DNA from: Methanobacteriota archaeon
Lineage (GTDB): Archaea > Thermoplasmatota > E2 > DHVEG-1
Reading direction: 5' to 3'
NCBI GenBank assembly: GCA_963769885.1
Contig: CAVYNH010000005.1
Span: forward strand, 96,001-160,000
DNA: 64,000 nucleotides
In this document: piece after piece, positions 17,063 through 25,625 of the stretch
Layout of the letters: the number at the start of each line of letters is the position of its first letter
How positions within the stretch are numbered: position 1 is the stretch's first letter
The notes under the pieces: generated by a model
Database searches by the model: none
The model's input: only the letters and a program-made list of their open reading frames with translations
Told to the model about the DNA's origin: nothing
Made by a program: the position numbers and the translations under genes

Positions 17063-20000
17063 TCGTACTCGTCCCAGCTTTTAATCCGCAACGCTTCCAG
17101 AGGTGTTTTCGCAAGAGCTTCAACGAAACGTTTGGCGAGTTGAACATTCGTGATGAGTGGGATGTCGAAGTCGACGGCCTTGCGGCGGATGAGGTAATCG
17201 TTGTCCAGCTCCTCACGGTCGATGTTCTTCGGGATGTTGATGACCAAGTCGACTTCATGGTTGGCGATGGCGGTGAGGGCGTTGGGTTCCTGATGGTCGA
17301 GTGGCCAGTGAAGGCGTTCGACGGGGATGCCATGGTCGGTCATGAATGCGGCAGTGCCTTCGGTGGCGTAGAACCGGAATCCGAGGTCCTTGAGGGTTAT
17401 GGTGCTTTCAAGGAGATCAGCTTTGCTGCTAATCGGGCCGGTGGAGAGGAGGATGGCTTTCTGTGGGGTGGTGAAGCCGACGGAGAGGAGGCTTTTAAGA
17501 AAGGCTTCATTGAAGTCATCGCCAAGGCAGGCGACCTCGCCAGTAGAGGCCATTTCGACGCCGAGGATGGGGTCGGAGCCTTTGAGGCGAGTGAAGCTGA
17601 ACTGGGAGGCTTTGACGCCGACGTAGTCGAGGTCGAAGGCGGAGCGGTCGGGTGGGTCGACGGGGTGTTTCATGATGATGCGGGTGGCGTAGTCGATGAA
17701 GTTGAGTTTGAGGACTTTGGAGACGAAGGGGAGGCTGCGGGAGGCTCTGAGGTTGCATTCGATGACCTTGACGTCGTTTCCTTTGGCGATGAACTGGATG
17801 TTGAAGGGGCCAGTGATGTGGAGGGAGGCCGCGATTTTTCTGGTGATGGTTTTGATACGGCGCATGGTTTCGAGGTAGGTGCGTTGAGGGGGGAGGACCA
17901 TAGTGGCATCGCCGGAGTGGACGCCCGCGTTTTCGACGTGTTCGCTGATGGCGTAGCAGAAGAGGGTGCCGTGGCGTGCGACGGCGTCGATTTCGATTTC
18001 TTTGGCGTCCGTGATGAATTTGCTGATGACGACGGGGTATTTGGTGCTGATGGCGGAGGCTTTTTTGAGGTAGGTTCGGAGTTCGGTGGGGGAGAGGGCG
18101 ATGCTCATGGCGGCGCCGGAGAGGACGTAGCTGGGGCGGATGAGGACGGGGTAGCCGACGGCTTTGGCGAAGGCTTCGGCGTCGTCGAGGCTGGTGAGTT
18201 CTTTCCAGGCGGGTTGGTCAATGCCGAGGGTGTCGAGGAGGGCGGAGAATTTGTGGCGGTCTTCGGCGCGGTCGATGTCGTCGGGGGTGGTGCCGAGGAT
18301 CCGTGCGCCGGCGTTGTGGAGGGGGATGGCGAGGTTGTTGGGGATCTGTCCGCCGACGCTGACGATGATGCCGCGGGGGTGTGCCTTTTCGTAGATGTCG
18401 AGGATGCGTTCGAGGGTGAGTTCTTCGAAGTAGAGGGAGTCGCAGGTGTCGAAGTCGGTGCTGACGGTCTCTGGGTTGCAGTTGACCATGATGGCGTGGT
18501 AGCCGAGTTTTTTGAGGGTGGTGACGGTGTTGACGGCGCACCAGTCGAATTCGACGGAGGAGCCGATGCGGTAGGCACCGCCGCCGAGGACCATGACTTG
18601 GTTGTGATTGGTGGTGGTGAGGTCGTCGGTGGTGCCGTGGTAGGTGAGGTAGAGGTAGTTGGTCTGGGCCGGATATTCGGCGGCGAGGGTGTCGATTTGT
18701 TTGATGACAGGGATGATGTGGTGCTTGTGCCTGAGGTTTCGGATGGTGGTTTCGTCGGTGTGGAGGAGGTCGGCGAGTTGGAGGTCTGAGAATCCGTGTT
18801 GTTTTGCTTCCCGCAGAAGGCGTGAGGGGATTGTTTTTAGGGTGTTGTTTTGTAGTGTTTTTTCGAGGGTGATTATGGCTTGTATTTTGGTGAGGAACCA
18901 GGGGTCGACTTTGGTGAGATTATGGATTTTTTCGAGGGGGTAGCCTTGGCGGAAGGCTTCGACGATGGCGAAGGTGCGTTTGTCGGTGGGTTCTTGGAGG
19001 GCTTTGTCGAGGTTGTCGAAGGAGAACGGGGTGCCGGTGAGGCCAGGGAGGCCGATGTCGAGGCTGCGGATGGCTTTTTGGAGGGCTTCTTCGAAGCTAC
19101 GGGCGATGGCCATGACTTCGCCGACGGATTTCATCTCGGAGCCGATGGTTTGGCTGACGCGCTGGAATTTCTGCAGGTCCCAACGGGGGTATTTGACGAC
19201 GATGTAGTCCAGGGCGGGCTCGAAGCAGGTCATGGTTTTGCCGGTGATCTTGTTGTGGATGTCGGTGAGGCTGTGACCGACCGCGAGTTTGGCGGCGGTG
19301 AAGGCGAGTGGGTAGCCGGTGGCTTTGCTGGCGAGTGCGGAGCTTCGGCTGAGGCGGGCGTTGACTTCGATGATTCGGTAGTCGTCTGATTTAGGGTCCA
19401 GGGCGAATTGGATGTTGCATTCGCCGATGATGCCGAGGGCGCGGATGACGTGGATGGCGATGCTGCGGAGCCTGAAGTTTTCGGTGGCGGTGAGGGTCTG
19501 GACGGGGGCGACGACGATGCTTTCGCCGGTGTGGATGCCCATGGGGTCCATGTTTTCCATGGAGCAGACGACGATGCAGTTGTCATAGATGTCGCGGACG
19601 ACTTCGTATTCGAGTTCCTTCCAGCCGCCGAAGTATTCTTCAATGAGGATTTGGGTGGTGTGGGCGAAGGCCTTGGTGGTGAGGTCTTCGAGTTGGGCGC
19701 AGGTGTGGACGACGCCGCTGCCGAGGCCGCCGAGGGCGTAGGCGATGCGACACATGACGGGGTAGCCGATTTGGTCGGCGACGCGGGTGGCGTCGGCGAC
19801 GGTGGTGACGGCCTGGCTTCTGGGGACTTTGAGGTTGAGGACGGTGAGGCGTTTGGCGAAGAGGTCACGGTCTTCGGTGTCTTTGATGGCGTTGATGGGG
19901 GTGCCGAGGACGGTGACTTTGTGTTTTTTGAGGGTGCCGTTGTCCGCGAGGGCGACGCCGACGTTGAGGGCGGTCTGTCCGCCGAAGCCGAGGAGGATGC

Positions 20001-20253
20001 CGTCGGGTCGTTCTTTCTTGATGACTTGTTCGACGAAGTGGGCGGTGAGGGGGAGGAAGTAGACTTTGTCGGCGAGCGACTCTGAGGTTTGGATGGTGGC
20101 GATGTTGGGGTTGATGAGGATGGTGCGGATGCCGTCTTCTTTGAGGGCTTTGATGGCTTGGCTGCCGCTGTAGTCGAATTCGCCGGCTTGGCCGATGCGG
20201 ATGGCGCCGGAGCCGAGGATGAGGACTTTGCGGATCCTCGGGTGTTGGATCAT
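17059..20253 (-). CDS. carB: Carbamoyl-phosphate synthase large subunit
   Basis: GSGAIRIGQAGEFDYSG, HTGESIVVAP, NCNPETVSTD, HVENAGVHSGDA, C-terminal MGS domain. Confidence 0.98.
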   Translation of the reverse strand: MIQHPRIRKVLILGSGAIRIGQAGEFDYSGSQAIKALKEDGIRTILINPNIATIQTSESLADKVYFLPLTAHFVEQVIKKERPDGILLGFGGQTALNVGVALADNGTLKKHKVTVLGTPINAIKDTEDRDLFAKRLTVLNLKVPRSQAVTTVADATRVADQIGYPVMCRIAYALGGLGSGVVHTCAQLEDLTTKAFAHTTQILIEEYFGGWKELEYEVVRDIYDNCIVVCSMENMDPMGIHTGESIVVAPVQTLTATENFRLRSIAIHVIRALGIIGECNIQFALDPKSDDYRIIEVNARLSRSSALASKATGYPLAFTAAKLAVGHSLTDIHNKITGKTMTCFEPALDYIVVKYPRWDLQKFQRVSQTIGSEMKSVGEVMAIARSFEEALQKAIRSLDIGLPGLTGTPFSFDNLDKALQEPTDKRTFAIVEAFRQGYPLEKIHNLTKVDPWFLTKIQAIITLEKTLQNNTLKTIPSRLLREAKQHGFSDLQLADLLHTDETTIRNLRHKHHIIPVIKQIDTLAAEYPAQTNYLYLTYHGTTDDLTTTNHNQVMVLGGGAYRIGSSVEFDWCAVNTVTTLKKLGYHAIMVNCNPETVSTDFDTCDSLYFEELTLERILDIYEKAHPRGIIVSVGGQIPNNLAIPLHNAGARILGTTPDDIDRAEDRHKFSALLDTLGIDQPAWKELTSLDDAEAFAKAVGYPVLIRPSYVLSGAAMSIALSPTELRTYLKKASAISTKYPVVISKFITDAKEIEIDAVARHGTLFCYAISEHVENAGVHSGDATMVLPPQRTYLETMRRIKTITRKIAASLHITGPFNIQFIAKGNDVKVIECNLRASRSLPFVSKVLKLNFIDYATRIIMKHPVDPPDRSAFDLDYVGVKASQFSFTRLKGSDPILGVEMASTGEVACLGDDFNEAFLKSLLSVGFTTPQKAILLSTGPISSKADLLESTITLKDLGFRFYATEGTAAFMTDHGIPVERLHWPLDHQEPNALTAIANHEVDLVINIPKNIDREELDNDYLIRRKAVDFDIPLITNVQLAKRFVEALAKTPLEALRIKSWDEYD

Positions 20254-21332
20254 CGCATCGCCCTCACGAACATGTCGAAGAGGAATTCGGTGTCGTCAGG
20301 GCCGGGGCTGGCCTCAGGGTGGAACTGAGCGCCGAAGAAGGGCCGGCTGATGTGGTGGATGCCTTCGTTGGTGTGGTCGTTGTTGTTGTAGAACCATTCG
20401 CGCCAGTCCTGGGGGAGGGTCGTGGCATCGACGGCGTAGCCGTGGTTTTGGCTGGTGATGTAGCAGCGTTTGGTGCCGGCTTCGACGCAGGGCTGGTTTT
20501 GGCTGCGGTGGCCGTATTTGAGTTTGTAGGTCTGGGCGCCGGCGGCGAGGGCGAGGATTTGGCTGCCGAGGCAGATGCCGAGGATCGGGGTGGTGCCTTG
20601 GAGGGCCTGCTCGGTGTGTTTGATGGTTGGGCTGCATTTTGTGGGGTCGCCGGGGCCGTTGGAGAGGACGATGCCGTCGGCTTTTTCGTCGGTGAAGTCG
20701 TAGTCCCAGGGGACGCGTTTGACGGTGAAGCCGCGGTTGAGGAAGGCGCGGATGATGCTGTTTTTGACGCCGCAGTCGACGAGCAGGATGGTTTTCTTGC
20801 CGCGGGGGTAGGTGATGGGGGCGGGGATGCTGACGTCGGCGACGTGGGGGCGGCGGGGAAGCGGCCGTGGAGGCGTGGTTCGGCTGCCGTTGGTGATGGT
20901 GCCGGGCATGGTGCCTTTGCGGCGGAGTCGTTTGGTGAGCTCGCGGGTGTCGACGCCGGTGATGGCGGGGATGCGGTGTTCGTGGAGCCAGGCGGCGAGG
21001 GATCTGGTGGCGTTCCAGTGTGAGTAGGCGTGGTTGTAGTGGGCGACGACGAGGCCGGCGACTTGGATCTTGGTGCTTTCGAAGTTGGCGTCAAGCTCGT
21101 TTTCGATGAGGGGTGGTGGGACGCCGTAGTTGCCGATGAGGGGGTAGGTGAGGACGAGGATTTGGCCGTGGTAGGAGGGGTCGGTGAGGGTCTCGGGGTA
21201 GCCAATCATGCCGGTGTTGAAGACGACCTCGCCGGCGGCCGGGTGTGAGGCGCCGAAGGAGAACCCGTGGAAGATGGTGCCGTCTTGAAGTCTGAGTGTA
21301 CTTTTTTTGTATGGGTCTGGTAGTGGCTGCAT
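20250..21332 (-). CDS. carA: Carbamoyl-phosphate synthase small subunit
   Basis: GEVVFNTG, TDPSY, SNGPGDP, GICLG, SQNHGYAV, QFHPE. Overlaps the carB start by 4 nt. Confidence 0.98.
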   Translation of the reverse strand: MQPLPDPYKKSTLRLQDGTIFHGFSFGASHPAAGEVVFNTGMIGYPETLTDPSYHGQILVLTYPLIGNYGVPPPLIENELDANFESTKIQVAGLVVAHYNHAYSHWNATRSLAAWLHEHRIPAITGVDTRELTKRLRRKGTMPGTITNGSRTTPPRPLPRRPHVADVSIPAPITYPRGKKTILLVDCGVKNSIIRAFLNRGFTVKRVPWDYDFTDEKADGIVLSNGPGDPTKCSPTIKHTEQALQGTTPILGICLGSQILALAAGAQTYKLKYGHRSQNQPCVEAGTKRCYITSQNHGYAVDATTLPQDWREWFYNNNDHTNEGIHHISRPFFGAQFHPEASPGPDDTEFLFDMFVRAMR

Positions 21333-21406
21333 CTCTCCCCGGTGAAGGATTTCTTTAAAATGCTGTAATCATTGATTGGTTTAAAGTTGTGTCGTGACAG
21401 GCGGTG

Positions 21407-23462
21407 TCAGCGGTTGTGGCCGTGTCTTTTCTGGGATGATGGTTTCTCTTTTGTTTTCTTTCCGTGTGGCCGCGGGACGTGGTGAGTGCATCGTTGTCGT
21501 GGTGCAGCTTCCATGAAGGTTTGGATGTCGTCGAGGAGGCTGGTGGATTCGGTCATGTCGGGGAGGAATTGTTGGAACCGGGGGGCGCGGCGGTCGAGGA
21601 TGACGGCGACGCCTCGGTCGTGCTCGTCGCGGATGAGCCGTCCGATGGCCTGCAGGAGCTTGCGGGCGGCGGGCGCGTGGACGGTGTATTCGAAGCCTTT
21701 GCCGAATTTTGCCTCGTAGTACTGTTGTAGCCCGCGCTGCCTGGCCGAGGGTTTGGGGTAGGGGATGCCGACGATGACGGCGATCTCGAGCTGCTCGGCG
21801 GGGAAGTCCATGCCTTCGCTGATGCGGCCGCCCATGACGCTGAAAAGGGTGGCACCCTGCTCGGTGCCATGGGCGCGGAAGCGGCTGACGAGTTCCATGA
21901 GCGCGCCCTGGCCCATCTCTTGGTCTTCGATGAGGAGGCGGCGGGACATGCCGGGGTACTCGCCGTTCTTGCGGAACGTGGTCATGGTGTTGAAGCTGGG
22001 GAAGAAGACGATGGTGTTCTTGGGGAAGCGGTTGCAGATGGCGGTGATGTGGTCCCAGAGGCGGGGCAGGGTGGTGCCGTCCCTGGTGAGCTCCTCGTAC
22101 CGGGTCGTCACATCCTTGGTGTAGAGGATCTTTCGGTTTTCTCGGGGGAACGGGGAGGAGTAGGTCTGCAGGATCGTGGCTGGCGGCAGGCCGAGGGAGT
22201 CGCGGTACTCGGTGAGGGGGGAGAGGGTGCCGGACATGTGGATGGAGCTGTGGACTTCGGCGAGGACTTCGCTGCCGACGCTGGGGTCCAAGCAGTAGGC
22301 CTCGACCCTGGGGTTCTTGCCTTGGTTGGCGTCGACGACGAGCTTGATGTATTGGTCCATCTCGACGGTGGTCCAGAACTGTAGGAAGATGCCGAGTTTG
22401 TGGAGGTAGGAGCGAGGGAGTTTGCCGGCTTTCTGGCGGTATTCCTGGATCTTTTCGCCGTAGGCGATGAGGTCGTGGGTGATGGCTTTGAGGGCGATGC
22501 TGGTGATGGTGAGGCGGCTGAGCAGTTCGGTTTCGAGTTCGTAGGAGGGGATGAAGGCGTCGGTCTTCTCTAGCTGGGTGCGGATTTCGCCTTCCATGAG
22601 GTTGTAGACGTAGGTGTCGCGCAGGTCCGTGATGATCTCTAGGAGGGTTCGGCAGAACTTGGAGGCGGGGACGCGTCCGTCCGCGAGGGTGGGATCGCCG
22701 TAGCGGTCGATCTCGCTGTGGCAGCTGGTGAGCATCCAGGTGGTGAGCTGGGCGGAGTAGAGTTCTCGGAGGTAGTCGGGGAGGTTGTGGGCTTCGTCGA
22801 CGACCAAGATGACGTCGTCTTCGGCGCAGGCGAGCCAGTCGAAGAGCTTGAGGCGGATGGTCTTGTCGAAGATGTAGACGTAGGGGACGACGAGGACGAG
22901 GGCGTCGGGGATGAGGAGTTTGTTGACTTCGTAGGGGCAGAGTTTGGCGTCGGCGCAGGCTCTGCTGAAGTCCTCGGCGGTGGGGAGGTGCTGTTTGGTC
23001 CAGGCGAGGAGTTTTTCGACGGCTTTGGTGTTGTCTTGGAGGCGACGGTAGTAGGGGCAGCCTTTGTCCTTGGTGGTGTGGGTGAGTTTCTTTTGGTAGC
23101 TGCAGAAGCGGGAGAGTTCCTCGGCGGTGGCGCGTTCGACCTCAGGGTCGGTGTGGGCGAGGAGGCAGAGGTTGGCGCGGCCTTGGAGGCCGACGCCGAA
23201 GAGGCGGTCGTCTCTGGTGTGGTCGCGGATGGCGCGCAGCTCGCGGATGACCTGCTGTTGCTGGGCGTTGGTGCGGGTGGTGTAGATGAGGCGTTTCTTG
23301 TGGGCGAGGGCGTACTGGATGCAGGCGCTGAGGGTGCAGATGGTTTTACCTGAGCCGGTGCCGGATTCGAAGATGAAAGGCTGCCGCTGGGTGAGGGACG
23401 CGGTGATGGCGTCCATGATGTCGCGCTGGTACGGGCGTAGGTTCGTACGGGAAAAAATCCAT
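21407..23462 (-). CDS. xpd: XPD/Rad3/DinG-family Fe-S DNA helicase with an apparent 1-nt frameshift after codon 7
   Basis: GTGSGKT, four Fe-S cysteines, DEAH, SGTLSP, SEGMDF, QAIGRLIR. The plausible start MDFFPYE (ATG 23462) is one base out of frame with LRPYQ. Confidence 0.9.
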
Positions 23463-23559
23463 CCTTGCAGGGGTGAATCCAGTGTGTATTCATGAAGGTT
23501 TGGAAAAAGTGTGCGGGGAGAGGGGGTTTTATAGGGGAGGATGGGTTTGTCGGAGATGA

Positions 23560-24399
23560 ATGCGGAGGACGCCGTATGATGAGATTGTGGCCGTTCTTGC
23601 GCCGCGGCTGGGCGCACGCTGTGCGTTGTTGCCGCGGAAGTGGGAGAAGGTCGGCGACGTCCTGATTATTCGGTTTCCTGCGGAGCTTTCGGGGGAATGT
23701 GAGACGATTTGCAGGTCGTATGCTGAGATCTTGGGTTGTGCATCGGTTTTGAATGACGTCGGCGGGATTTCTGGCCAGCATCGAGTTCCGCAAGTTCGCC
23801 ATCTCTGGGGGCGGCATGAGACTGTGACCGTCCATCAGGAGAACGGGGTGCGGTACAAATTGGATCCAGCGGTGGTGATGTTTTCATCGGGGAACATGGC
23901 GGAACGAACCCGGATGGGACAGGTCGTCAAGTCTGGCGAGACGATTGTGGACTTGTTCGCTGGCATCGGGTACTTCACGCTGCCGATGGCGGTCTCGAGG
24001 AAGCCCGTGCGGGTGTACGCCTGCGAGATCAACCATGTTGCGTTCGGGTTTTTGAATCAGAACATCGTCTTGAATCATGTCACCGAGGTGGTTGTGCCGT
24101 TACTGGGAGACAACCACGTAGTGGCGCCGAAGGGGGTCGCTGACCGGGTCGTGCTTGGGTATCTGCAGGAGACCGCGCAATATTTCCCCACGGCCGTCGA
24201 GTGCCTGCGAGGCCATCAGGGGCTGGTGCACTACCATGAGGCGGTGCCGACGGAGCTGTGCCCGGATCGCCCACTTAAGGAGTTAGAGAAGAGTGCCAAG
24301 CGGTACAACAGACGTGTCCAGCTGCTCTCTTGGAAAGAGATCAAAACCTATGCCCCCGGGGTCTCGCATGTGGTCCTCGACGTGGAGGTGACGCGGTAG
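23560..24399 (+). CDS. Trm5/Taw2 (Met-10+-like) SAM-dependent tRNA modification enzyme
   Basis: VHQENG, VMFSSGN..ER, VDLFAGIGYF, ADRV, YAPGV.H.VLD. Confidence 0.88.
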   Translation: MRRTPYDEIVAVLAPRLGARCALLPRKWEKVGDVLIIRFPAELSGECETICRSYAEILGCASVLNDVGGISGQHRVPQVRHLWGRHETVTVHQENGVRYKLDPAVVMFSSGNMAERTRMGQVVKSGETIVDLFAGIGYFTLPMAVSRKPVRVYACEINHVAFGFLNQNIVLNHVTEVVVPLLGDNHVVAPKGVADRVVLGYLQETAQYFPTAVECLRGHQGLVHYHEAVPTELCPDRPLKELEKSAKRYNRRVQLLSWKEIKTYAPGVSHVVLDVEVTR

Positions 24400-24920
24400 T
24401 GGCCGGCGTCCGGTTGGTCGTGGTGCACTGTGCGGAGGATGACCCGCGGAAGTGCACGGCGCGGAAGATGCAGCGGTTCGGCCTGACGGCGCTGGTCCCC
24501 AGCGTCCGGCAGGTGCCCCATGAGGCAGTGCTGCTCAGCCCGTTTTCTAAGAAGAGCCTGTCGGCGGAGGATGCGGCGGCGGTACGGCGGTTCGGGCTGG
24601 TGGCGATCGACTGCTCCTGGAAGACCGCGGAAGAGTCGTTCGGCAAGTTGGAGGCGAGGAACCCATCGCGGGCGCTGCCGTTCCTGGTGGCGGCAAACCC
24701 GGTGAATTACGGGAAGCCGTTCCAGTTGACGACCCTGGAGGCTTTCGCCGCCGCGCTGTACATCATCGGAGACATCCCAGGGGCGGAGCGCCTCGTTTCG
24801 TTGTATAAGTGGGCGCCGCATTTCCTGGTTTTGAACCGGGAGCCGCTGGAGGCGTACCGGCGGGCTCGGACGAGCGCAGAGGTCGTCGCAGCGATGCAGG
24901 AGTTCCTTCCGGAGCAATGA
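24399..24920 (+). CDS. tsr3: 16S rRNA aminocarboxypropyltransferase Tsr3 (DUF367)
   Basis: DDPRKCTARK, IDCSW, RALPFLVAANPVNYG, LTTLEA. The GTG start overlaps the previous stop and has a GGAGGTG RBS. Confidence 0.95.
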   Translation: MAGVRLVVVHCAEDDPRKCTARKMQRFGLTALVPSVRQVPHEAVLLSPFSKKSLSAEDAAAVRRFGLVAIDCSWKTAEESFGKLEARNPSRALPFLVAANPVNYGKPFQLTTLEAFAAALYIIGDIPGAERLVSLYKWAPHFLVLNREPLEAYRRARTSAEVVAAMQEFLPEQ

Positions 24921-24995
24921 GAGAAAGGCAGTCTACCCTTTTGCCCATTTTCCCAAGAGAACCTAAATACAGGGTAAAGCATGCCTTGTACTACA

Positions 24996-25193
24996 ATGGG
25001 CAAACTATTGGGAAAACCCAGACCATTAGACAGCAGAAACCGCGTGACACTCCCACCAGAGGTCCTCAGCCTGCTGAAGCTCAAGGCCAACGACGAGGTG
25101 TTCTTCCAGATCGAGAACGGGAAGATCACGATGGGTAAGGCCCTCGTCCGCTACGAGCTCATCGACGAGATACTCGCCGACAAGAAGAAATAA
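24996..25193 (+). CDS. AbrB/MazE/SpoVT-family DNA-binding protein
   Basis: LDSRNRVTLPPEV...LKANDEVFF swapped-hairpin pattern. Confidence 0.8.
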   Translation: MGKLLGKPRPLDSRNRVTLPPEVLSLLKLKANDEVFFQIENGKITMGKALVRYELIDEILADKKK

Positions 25194-25197
25194 GTAC

Positions 25198-25428
25198 TCA
25201 GAGGCCCAGTTCACGGCTCATCTGCTGCATCCGCTCGTTCTTCACGTACCATAGTACGGTCTTCGTCTGATCGATCACATCAGTCAGGCTCTTCCCTTCG
25301 TCCCGGCTCCGCTGCAGCATCACGATGCCGTACTCGAGATAGTTCTCCAGCACCGCCCGTCGGTGTCGTTCCAGCTTCGGGTCCACTTCCCGGATGTCCA
25401 GGATCCCGTAGGTCTCATTCGCTTGCAC
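25198..25428 (-). CDS. Small hypothetical protein
   Basis: 76-aa ORF with a GGAGGG RBS, convergent on the AbrB-like gene. Confidence 0.65.
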   Translation of the reverse strand: MQANETYGILDIREVDPKLERHRRAVLENYLEYGIVMLQRSRDEGKSLTDVIDQTKTVLWYVKNERMQQMSRELGL

Positions 25429-25625
25429 GGCTCATATCCCTCCAAGCCTGACTATCCCATCGAAAATAGATAAAACGGTACGCCCGGGTTTTCCAGCAAA
25501 ACCACAAAAAAACCGCAAAACCCACTCGTTTGTCGACCTTCCCCGAGCAGGAAGTCCACCTACTTTACGCAAACGGGAGATAAAAAAAGAAAAAACAAAA
25601 AAGAGGGGAGAGGATAGAAGACCCT

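Noticed and set aside
25545-25560. GAGCAGGAAGTCCACC resembling the RNase P RNA P4 motif
   Set aside because: It does not match GAGGAAAGTCC, has no 3' partner motif, and there is too little room.
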